The notes beneath the pieces are model-generated. The model saw nothing but the letters and a program-made list of their open reading frames with translations, was not told where the DNA came from and searched no databases. The position numbers and the translations under genes are program-made. 14,684 bases of DNA. It comes from Naegleria gruberi. Taxonomy: Eukaryota. Positions within the stretch are counted from its first letter, which is position 1. Every line of letters starts with the position of its first letter. This document shows positions 7,995-14,684 of the stretch, piece after piece. Location: assembly GCA_000004985.1 (NCBI GenBank), contig GG738979.1. One strand, written 5' to 3'.

Positions 7995-10900
7995 TTAATG
8001 AGTGAACTTTTCAATATTCTCTCGTAACCAAACATCTATTTCGTTAATGGTTATTCCACCAGATTTGTCAGTATCAATTACATCGAAGAAGTATGTTACA
8101 TGATCTCCACTTGGTATTCCCAATTCAAATTGTTTGAATAAATCTGTTAAGAATTGATCAAATTCATCTCTATCTATTTTACCATCCACATTAGTATCGT
8201 ACTTTCTGAAAATTGATTGTAAAACTTCAACTTGTTTGGTGGTATTCTTTTCAGCAAGATATGAATCGAGAANNNNNNNNNNNNNNNNNNNNNNNNNNNN
8301 NNNNNNNNNNNNNNNNNNNNNNNNNNNNNNNNNNNNNNNNNNNNNNNNNNNNNNNNNNNNNNNNNNNNNNNNNNNNNNNNNNNNNNNNNNNNNNNNNNNN
8401 NNNNNNNNNNNNNNNNNNNNNNNNNNNNNNNNNNNNNNNNNNNNNNNNNNNNNNNNNNNNNNNNNNNNNNNNNNNNNNNNNNNNNNNNNNNNNNNNNNNN
8501 NNNNNNNNNNNNNNNNNNNNNNNNNNNNNNNNNNNNNNNNNNNNNNNNNNNNNNNNNNNNNNNNNNNNNNNNNNNNNNNNNNNNNNNNNNNNNNNNNNNN
8601 NNNNNNNNNNNNNNNNNNNNNNNNNNNNNNNNNNNNNNNNNNNNNNNNNNNNNNNNNNNNNNNNNNNNNNNNNNNNNNNNNNNNNNNNNNNNNNNNNNNN
8701 NNNNNNNNNNNNNNNNNNNNNNNNNNNNNNNNNNNNNNNNNNNNNNNNNNNNNNNNNNNNNNNNNNNNNNNNNNNNNNNNNNNNNNNNNNNNNNNNNNNN
8801 NNNNNNNNNNNNNNNNNNNNNNNNNNNNNNNNNNNNNNNNNNNNNNNNNNNNNNNNNNNNNNNNNNNNNNNNNNNNNNNNNNNNNNNNNNNNNNNNNNNN
8901 NNNNNNNNNNNNNNNNNNNNNNNNNNNNNNNNNNNNNNNNNNNNNNNNNNNNNNNNNNNNNNNNNNNNNNNNNNNNNNNNNNNNNNNNNNNNNNNNNNNN
9001 NNNNNNNNNNNNNNNNNNNNNNNNNNNNNNNNNNNNNNNNNNNNNNNNNNNNNNNNNNNNNNNNNNNNNNNNNNNNNNNNNNNNNNNNNNNNNNNNNNNN
9101 NNNNNNNNNNNNNNNNNNNNNNNNNNNNNNNNNNNNNNNNNNNNNNNNNNNNNNNNNNNNNNNNNNNNNNNNNNNNNNNNNNNNNNNNNNNNNNNNNNNN
9201 NNNNNNNNNNNNNNNNNNNNNNNNNNNNNNNNNNNNNNNNNNNNNNNNNNNNNNNNNNNNNNNNNNNNNNNNNNNNNNNNNNNNNNNNNNNNNNNNNNNN
9301 NNNNNNNNNNNNNNNNNNNNNNNNNNNNNNNNNNNNNNNNNNNNNNNNNNNNNNNNNNNNNNNNNNNNNNNNNNNNNNNNNNNNNNNNNNNNNNNNNNNN
9401 NNNNNNNNNNNNNNNNNNNNNNNNNNNNNNNNNNNNNNNNNNNNNNNNNNNNNNNNNNNNNNNNNNNNNNNNNNNNNNNNNNNNNNNNNNNNNNNNNNNN
9501 NNNNNNNNNNNNNNNNNNNNNNNNNNNNNNNNNNNNNNNNNNNNNNNNNNNNNNNNNNNNNNNNNNNNNNNNNNNNNNNNNNNNNNNNNNNNNNNNNNNN
9601 NNNNNNNNNNNNNNNNNNNNNNNNNNNNNNNNNNNNNNNNNNNNNNNNNNNNNNNNNNNNNNNNNNNNNNNNNNNNNNNNNNNNNNNNNNNNNNNNNNNN
9701 NNNNNNNNNNNNNNNNNNNNNNNNNNNNNNNNNNNNNNNNNNNNNNNNNNNNNNNNNNNNNNNNNNNNNNNNNNNNNNNNNNNNNNNNNNNNNNNNNNNN
9801 NNNNNNNNNNNNNNNNNNNNNNNNNNNNNNNNNNNNNNNNNNNNNNNNNNNNNNNNNNNNNNNNNNNNNNNNNNNNNNNNNNNNNNNNNNNNNNNNNNNN
9901 NNNNNNNNNNNNNNNNNNNNNNNNNNNNNNNNNNNNNNNNNNNNNNNNNNNNNNNNNNNNNNNNNNNNNNNNNNNNNNNNNNNNNNNNNNNNNNNNNNNN
10001 NNNNNNNNNNNNNNNNNNNNNNNNNNNNNNNNNNNNNNNNNNNNNNNNNNNNNNNNNNNNNNNNNNNNNNNNNNNNNNNNNNNNNNNNNNNNNNNNNNNN
10101 NNNNNNNNNNNNNNNNNNNNNNNNNNNNNNNNNNNNNNNNNNNNNNNNNNNNNNNNNNNNNNNNNNNNNNNNNNNNNNNNNNNNNNNNNNNNNNNNNNNN
10201 NNNNNNNNNNNNNNNNNNNNNNNNNNNNNNNNNNNNNNNNNNNNNNNNNNNNNNNNNNNNNNNNNNNNNNNNNNNNNNNNNNNNNNNNNNNNNNNNNNNN
10301 NNNNNNNNNNNNNNNNNNNNNNNNNNNNNNNNNNNNNNNNNNNNNNNNNNNNNNNNNNNNNNNNNNNNNNNNNNNNNNNNNNNNNNNNNNNNNNNNNNNN
10401 NNNNNNNNNNNNNNNNNNNNNNNNNNNNNNNNNNNNNNNNNNNNNNNNNNNNNNNNNNNNNNNNNNNNNNNNNNNNNNNNNNNNNNNNNNNNNNNNNNNN
10501 NNNNNNNNNNNNNNNNNNNNNNNNNNNNNNNNNNNNNNNNNNNNNNNNNNNNNNNNNNNNNNNNNNNNNNNNNNNNNNNNNNNNNNNNNNNNNNNNNNNN
10601 NNNNNNNNNNNNNNNNNNNNNNNNNNNNNNNNNNNNNNNNNNNNNNNNNNNNNNNNNNNNNNNNNNNNNNNNNNNNNNNNNNNNNNNNNNNNNNNNNNNN
10701 NNNNNNNNNNNNNNNNNNNNNNNNNNNNNNNNNNNNNNNNNNNNNNNNNNNNNNNNNNNNNNNNNNNNNNNNNNNNNNNNNNNNNNNNNNNNNNNNNNNN
10801 NNNNNNNNNNNNNNNNNNNNNNNNNNNNNNNNNNNNNNNNNNNNNNNNNNNNNNNNNNNNNNNNNNNNNNNNNNNNNNNNNNNNNNNNNNNNNNNNNNNN

Positions 10901-13496
10901 NNNNNNNNNNNNNNNNNNNNNNNNNNNNNNNNNNNNNNNNNNNNNNNNNNNNNNNNNNNNNNNNNNNNNNNNNNNNNNNNNNNNNNNNNNNNNNNNNNNN
11001 NNNNNNNNNNNNNNNNNNNNNNNNNNNNNNNNNNNNNNNNNNNNNNNNNNNNNNNNNNNNNNNNNNNNNNNNNNNNNNNNNNNNNNNNNNNNNNNNNNNN
11101 NNNNNNNNNNNNNNNNNNNNNNNNNNNNNNNNNNNNNNNNNNNNNNNNNNNNNNNNNNNNNNNNNNNNNNNNNNNNNNNNNNNNNNNNNNNNNNNNNNNN
11201 NNNNNNNNNNNNNNNNNNNNNNNNNNNNNNNNNNNNNNNNNNNNNNNNNNNNNNNNNNNNNNNNNNNNNNNNNNNNNNNNNNNNNNNNNNNNNNNNNNNN
11301 NNNNNNNNNNNNNNNNNNNNNNNNNNNNNNNNNNNNNNNNNNNNNNNNNNNNNNNNNNNNNNNNNNNNNNNNNNNNNNNNNNNNNNNNNNNNNNNNNNNN
11401 NNNNNNNNNNNNNNNNNNNNNNNNNNNNNNNNNNNNNNNNNNNNNNNNNNNNNNNNNNNNNNNNNNNNNNNNNNNNNNNNNNNNNNNNNNNNNNNNNNNN
11501 NNNNNNNNNNNNNNNNNNNNNNNNNNNNNNNNNNNNNNNNNNNNNNNNNNNNNNNNNNNNNNNNNNNNNNNNNNNNNNNNNNNNNNNNNNNNNNNNNNNN
11601 NNNNNNNNNNNNNNNNNNNNNNNNNNNNNNNNNNNNNNNNNNNNNNNNNNNNNNNNNNNNNNNNNNNNNNNNNNNNNNNNNNNNNNNNNNNNNNNNNNNN
11701 NNNNNNNNNNNNNNNNNNNNNNNNNNNNNNNNNNNNNNNNNNNNNNNNNNNNNNNNNNNNNNNNNNNNNNNNNNNNNNNNNNNNNNNNNNNNNNNNNNNN
11801 NNNNNNNNNNNNNNNNNNNNNNNNNNNNNNNNNNNNNNNNNNNNNNNNNNNNNNNNNNNNNNNNNNNNNNNNNNNNNNNNNNNNNNNNNNNNNNNNNNNN
11901 NNNNNNNNNNNNNNNNNNNNNNNNNNNNNNNNNNNNNNNNNNNNNNNNNNNNNNNNNNNNNNNNNNNNNNNNNNNNNNNNNNNNNNNNNNNNNNNNNNNN
12001 NNNNNNNNNNNNNNNNNNNNNNNNNNNNNNNNNNNNNNNNNNNNNNNNNNNNNNNNNNNNNNNNNNNNNNNNNNNNNNNNNNNNNNNNNNNNNNNNNNNN
12101 NNNNNNNNNNNNNNNNNNNNNNNNNNNNNNNNNNNNNNNNNNNNNNNNNNNNNNNNNNNNNNNNNNNNNNNNNNNNNNNNNNNNNNNNNNNNNNNNNNNN
12201 NNNNNNNNNNNNNNNNNNNNNNNNNNNNNNNNNNNNNNNNNNNNNNNNNNNNNNNNNNNNNNNNNNNNNNNNNNNNNNNNNNNNNNNNNNNNNNNNNNNN
12301 NNNNNNNNNNNNNNNNNNNNNNNNNNNNNNNNNNNNNNNNNNNNNNNNNNNNNNNNNNNNNNNNNNNNNNNNNNNNNNNNNNNNNNNNNNNNNNNNNNNN
12401 NNNNNNNNNNNNNNNNNNNNNNNNNNNNNNNNNNNNNNNNNNNNNNNNNNNNNNNNNNNNNNNNNNNNNNNNNNNNNNNNNNNNNNNNNNNNNNNNNNNN
12501 NNNNNNNNNNNNNNNNNNNNNNNNNNNNNNNNNNNNNNNNNNNNNNNNNNNNNNNNNNNNNNNNNNNNNNNNNNNNNNNNNNNNNNNNNNNNNNNNNNNN
12601 NNNNNNNNNNNNNNNNNNNNNNNNNNNNNNNNNNNNNNNNNNNNNNNNNNNNNNNNNNNNNNNNNNNNNNNNNNNNNNNNNNNNNNNNNNNNNNNNNNNN
12701 NNNNNNNNNNNNNNNNNNNNNNNNNNNNNNNNNNNNNNNNNNNNNNNNNNNNNNNNNNNNNNNNNNNNNNNNNNNNNNNNNNNNNNNNNNNNNNNNNNNN
12801 NNNNNNNNNNNNNNNNNNNNNNNNNNNNNNNNNNNNNNNNNNNNNNNNNNNNNNNNNNNNNNNNNNNNNNNNNNNNNNNNNNNNNNNNNNNNNNNNNNNN
12901 NNNNNNNNNNNNNNNNNNNNNNNNNNNNNNNNNNNNNNNNNNNNNNNNNNNNNNNNNNNNNNNNNNNNNNNNNNNNNNNNNNNNNNNNNNNNNNNNNNNN
13001 NNNNNNNNNNNNNNNNNNNNNNNNNNNNNNNNNNNNNNNNNNNNNNNNNNNNNNNNNNNNNNNNNNNNNNNNNNNNNNNNNNNNNNNNNNNNNNNNNNNN
13101 NNNNNNNNNNNNNNNNNNNNNNNNNNNNNNNNNNNNNNNNNNNNNNNNNNNNNNNNNNNNNNNNNNNNNNNNNNNNNNNNNNNNNNNNNNNNNNNNNNNN
13201 NNNNNNNNNNNNNNNNNNNNNNNNNNNNNNNNNNNNNNNNNNNNNNNNNNNNNNNNNNNNNNNNNNNNNNNNNNNNNNNNNNNNNNNNNNNNNNNNNNNN
13301 NNNNNNNNNNNNNNNNNNNNNNNNNNNNNNNNNNNNNNNNNNNNNNNNNNNNNNNNNNNNNNNNNNNNNNNNNNNNNNNNNNNNNNNNNNNNNNNNNNNN
13401 NNNNNNNNNNNNNNNNNNNNNNNNNNNNNNNNNNNNNNNNNNNNNNNNNNNNNNNNNNNNNNNNNNNNNNNNNNNNNNNNNNNNNNNNNNTTTCAT
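7995..13496 (-). CDS. Large protein of about 1830 codons if continuous through the masked block. Its C-terminus carries a pair of canonical EF-hand calcium-binding loops. Only 7995-8272 (91 aa plus the TAA stop) and the first two codons (ATG AAA at 13491-13496) are visible.
   Basis: Visible C-terminal translation: ...FRKYDTNVDGKIDRDEFDQFL...FFDVIDTDKSGGITINEIDVWLRENIEKFTH*. The loops DTNVDGKIDRDE (8163-8198) and DTDKSGGITINE (8040-8075) fit the 12-residue EF-hand consensus D-x-[DN]-x-[DS]-G-x-I-x3-E. The stop is TAA at 7995-7997, only 45 nt from the stop of the convergent 7341-7949 gene. The start ATG at 13494-13496 is inferred from the track, and the body is masked and unverifiable. Confidence 0.6.
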   Translation of the reverse strand: MKXXXXXXXXXXXXXXXXXXXXXXXXXXXXXXXXXXXXXXXXXXXXXXXXXXXXXXXXXXXXXXXXXXXXXXXXXXXXXXXXXXXXXXXXXXXXXXXXXXXXXXXXXXXXXXXXXXXXXXXXXXXXXXXXXXXXXXXXXXXXXXXXXXXXXXXXXXXXXXXXXXXXXXXXXXXXXXXXXXXXXXXXXXXXXXXXXXXXXXXXXXXXXXXXXXXXXXXXXXXXXXXXXXXXXXXXXXXXXXXXXXXXXXXXXXXXXXXXXXXXXXXXXXXXXXXXXXXXXXXXXXXXXXXXXXXXXXXXXXXXXXXXXXXXXXXXXXXXXXXXXXXXXXXXXXXXXXXXXXXXXXXXXXXXXXXXXXXXXXXXXXXXXXXXXXXXXXXXXXXXXXXXXXXXXXXXXXXXXXXXXXXXXXXXXXXXXXXXXXXXXXXXXXXXXXXXXXXXXXXXXXXXXXXXXXXXXXXXXXXXXXXXXXXXXXXXXXXXXXXXXXXXXXXXXXXXXXXXXXXXXXXXXXXXXXXXXXXXXXXXXXXXXXXXXXXXXXXXXXXXXXXXXXXXXXXXXXXXXXXXXXXXXXXXXXXXXXXXXXXXXXXXXXXXXXXXXXXXXXXXXXXXXXXXXXXXXXXXXXXXXXXXXXXXXXXXXXXXXXXXXXXXXXXXXXXXXXXXXXXXXXXXXXXXXXXXXXXXXXXXXXXXXXXXXXXXXXXXXXXXXXXXXXXXXXXXXXXXXXXXXXXXXXXXXXXXXXXXXXXXXXXXXXXXXXXXXXXXXXXXXXXXXXXXXXXXXXXXXXXXXXXXXXXXXXXXXXXXXXXXXXXXXXXXXXXXXXXXXXXXXXXXXXXXXXXXXXXXXXXXXXXXXXXXXXXXXXXXXXXXXXXXXXXXXXXXXXXXXXXXXXXXXXXXXXXXXXXXXXXXXXXXXXXXXXXXXXXXXXXXXXXXXXXXXXXXXXXXXXXXXXXXXXXXXXXXXXXXXXXXXXXXXXXXXXXXXXXXXXXXXXXXXXXXXXXXXXXXXXXXXXXXXXXXXXXXXXXXXXXXXXXXXXXXXXXXXXXXXXXXXXXXXXXXXXXXXXXXXXXXXXXXXXXXXXXXXXXXXXXXXXXXXXXXXXXXXXXXXXXXXXXXXXXXXXXXXXXXXXXXXXXXXXXXXXXXXXXXXXXXXXXXXXXXXXXXXXXXXXXXXXXXXXXXXXXXXXXXXXXXXXXXXXXXXXXXXXXXXXXXXXXXXXXXXXXXXXXXXXXXXXXXXXXXXXXXXXXXXXXXXXXXXXXXXXXXXXXXXXXXXXXXXXXXXXXXXXXXXXXXXXXXXXXXXXXXXXXXXXXXXXXXXXXXXXXXXXXXXXXXXXXXXXXXXXXXXXXXXXXXXXXXXXXXXXXXXXXXXXXXXXXXXXXXXXXXXXXXXXXXXXXXXXXXXXXXXXXXXXXXXXXXXXXXXXXXXXXXXXXXXXXXXXXXXXXXXXXXXXXXXXXXXXXXXXXXXXXXXXXXXXXXXXXXXXXXXXXXXXXXXXXXXXXXXXXXXXXXXXXXXXXXXXXXXXXXXXXXXXXXXXXXXXXXXXXXXXXXXXXXXXXXXXXXXXXXXXXXXXXXXXXXXXXXXXXXXXXXXXXXXXXXXXXXXXXXXXXXXXXXXXXXXXXXXXXXXXXXXXXXXXXXXXXXXXXXXXXXXXXXXXXXXXXXXXXXXXXXXXXXXXXXXXXXXXXXXXXXXXXXXXXXXXXXXXXXXXXXXXXXXXXXXXXXXXXXXXXXXXXXXXXXXXXXXXXXXXXXXXXXLDSYLAEKNTTKQVEVLQSIFRKYDTNVDGKIDRDEFDQFLTDLFKQFELGIPSGDHVTYFFDVIDTDKSGGITINEIDVWLRENIEKFTH

Positions 13497-13959
13497 GCTA
13501 CCAGAGTTGATTCATAGCCCAATTACAAATCAAACAACAATAAAACAACAATTCATAATGTTTATTATGTTATTAAATGTATAATTTCAAGTCTTGTAGC
13601 ATAATTTGTGAAAATCATGGATATCTGATATTTTCATGTTTTTATTGTTTTTCTCATGATGTGGATATTGAATTCTCACTGAAACATCACGAATAGCATG
13701 TCATTCATCCATTCTCTACCAGATAATTATCTTTTACTGTAATTTTCACTATTGGATATATTACTTTTAATATTTGTGATACTTTACTATTTTATTCAAT
13801 GAATAAGGGATGAAAAACATTCATTAGAAGAAGATAGATTCCCAGTAATATATTCTCTCTCTGTACAATTTATTATTTCAATATCTGTCAAGTTAATTGA
13901 GATAGAAGGTTTTTCATCAGCTCATATCAAAATAGCTGGAGTTGAACTACCTTGAAAAA

Positions 13960-14031
13960 GAAGTCTGGAAATTCCAGGAAAGAATTTGGAACAAAAATCT
14001 TTCCTAGAAAATCCAGAGAAAAATCTTTCCG
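13960..14031. promoter_or_regulatory. Cluster of short symmetric and repeated elements 470-540 bp upstream of the 7995-13496 gene start. It contains a 13-nt perfect palindrome (ctggaaattccag, 13964-13976) and two copies of aaaaatctttcc (13993-14004 and 14019-14030, 26 nt apart). The GGAAA/TTTCC half-sites are reiterated in both orientations.
   Basis: Seen directly in the sequence. The location is an intergenic region between the 3' end of the MYND gene and the start of the large EF-hand gene. Function is inference only. Confidence 0.25.
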
Positions 14032-14316
14032 GCTACATCATCCAATATAATTATTGTTCTTTCCATCCCTTAACAAACTTTCCGATAAATGAAACTCTTC
14101 TTCAAACCGATTTTCTCAAATTTTTTCAACAGAAGAGCCTTAATACTTGTTGAGGTATTTTTTTAAGGTTTTTAACAAACAATTCCACTCTCCACAAGAA
14201 CAACGTTCATTTGAAATTGCTACTATTAAACATTATCTATGTATTTCATGATGAAATTGCTGATAAATGGTGAATATCTTCATCACAAGCTGAAACTCAT
14301 CAAGAATAAAGGCATC

Positions 14317-14684
14317 CTAAGCCTTTTTAGTGCATTCCGGTTTGTGGTTTTGCCAATCTTTAACTTGGCAATCTCTACAACAATACTTGACTTTTCCACA
14401 TCTGGAGCAACTTTTAAGTGGCTCTCCCTTCTCACCACAAAGATTTTTACAAGTTGCGCATTTATCCACTTGTTTCTTAGTGTTATTCAATGACTTTTTG
14501 AGACTTGTATATTTTGTATTGATTAATTTCTCTGCCTCTGCTCCAAATTGACTTCCTATGAGATCATAAAATAATGTTTCCACAGGTGCCATATCATCCA
14601 TCTGATTCACAATAAATCCCAAAAGTGTATCAACATTGATCTTTCCTTTTGAGCTTTCATGTCTCAATGCAACTGTTATAATTT
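14317..14684 (-). CDS. 3' portion of a gene encoding a protein with a C-terminal MYND-type zinc finger. The 5' part lies beyond the window edge. The stop is TAG at 14317-14319.
   Basis: Translation: ...CATCKNLCGEKGEPLKSCSRCGKVKYCCRDCQVKDWQNHKPECTKKA*. This matches the MYND pattern C-x2-C-x(7-12)-C-x2-C-x(5-6)-C-x3-C-x7-H-x3-C and occupies about 14332-14460. The frame stays open from M at 14665-14667 to the window end (..IITVCM..), so the gene is partial. Confidence 0.75.
   Translation of the reverse strand, partial: IITVALRHESSKGKINVDTLLGFIVNQMDDMAPVETLFYDLIGSQFGAEAEKLINTKYTSLKKSLNNTKKQVDKCATCKNLCGEKGEPLKSCSRCGKVKYCCRDCQVKDWQNHKPECTKKA

Noticed and set aside
7341-8272. The possibility that the locus uses the ciliate nuclear code (TAA/TAG = Gln, TGA the only stop), as the G3T3 telomere would suggest.
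   Set aside because: None of the 12 Gln codons in the 202-codon gene is TAA or TAG. Reading through the TAA of the EF-hand gene adds about 30 residues of hydrophobic junk before the first TGA. Reading through the TAG after the MYND finger likewise adds junk. The standard code explains the visible genes better, though translation-table variants affecting only TGA cannot be excluded.
8213-13584. Plus-strand ORFs 8213..13510 and 8236..13584 (about 1770 aa) across the second N block.
   Set aside because: They are antisense to the well-supported minus-strand EF-hand gene and open only through Ns. The visible plus-strand ends (MIVKLQLVWWYSFQQDMNRE.. and ..FMLPELIHSPITNQTTIKQQFIMFIMLLNV) are low-complexity and are not flanked by sensible gene signals.
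14239-14551. Plus-strand ORFs of 84 and 73 aa (14239..14493 and 14330..14551).
   Set aside because: They lie entirely antisense to the MYND zinc-finger coding sequence, which has a textbook domain signature. Shadow ORFs opposite a real CDS are expected.
1-14684. Prokaryotic-style features such as operons, CRISPR arrays, RBS or rho-independent terminators.
   Set aside because: The telomeric repeats, MYND and EF-hand eukaryotic domains, TATA box, AATAAA signal and a candidate spliceosomal intron all indicate a eukaryotic nuclear chromosome. No direct-repeat/spacer architecture is present.

Overview
This window is the left end of a linear eukaryotic chromosome from an AT-rich, gene-dense genome, most likely a ciliate-like protist, although I cannot name the species. 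About two thirds of it (886-5792 and 8273-13490) is N-masked, so nothing inside those blocks can be called.

Visible features, in order:
- A telomere of about 230 bp made of near-perfect CCCAAA units (TTTGGG on the minus strand) at 1-231.
- A G-poor subtelomeric spacer with no credible ORF at 232-858.
- Masked block 1 (886-5792), bracketed on both strands by in-frame start and stop codons.
- An ORF-poor stretch of about 1 kb (5804-6720).
- A small, compositionally distinct GC-rich ORF on the minus strand (6783-7145). Its spacing resembles a histone-H4-type fold and it may carry a 36-nt intron right after the ATG; a pogo/Tc5-type transposase HTH relic is the alternative reading.
- A 202-aa protein on the plus strand with three N-terminal polyproline tracts (7341-7949), transcribed divergently from the small ORF. 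It has a consensus TATA box about 60 nt upstream.
- A large minus-strand gene of roughly 1830 codons (7995-13496). Only its C-terminal 91 aa are visible; they carry two canonical EF-hand loops.
- The 3' part of a minus-strand gene encoding a C-terminal MYND-type zinc finger, running off the window (14317-14684).

The visible genes end in TAA or TAG and encode all glutamines as CAA/CAG, so the standard code appears to be in use. This is unexpected next to a G3T3-type telomere.

The most curious structural observation is an exact 11-mer (gtagcatgaaa) abutting the right edge of masked block 1. Its reverse complement (tttcatgctac) abuts the right edge of masked block 2. Each copy supplies an ATG that is in frame with the masked block.

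No prokaryotic features, CRISPR arrays or rRNA/tRNA genes are visible.
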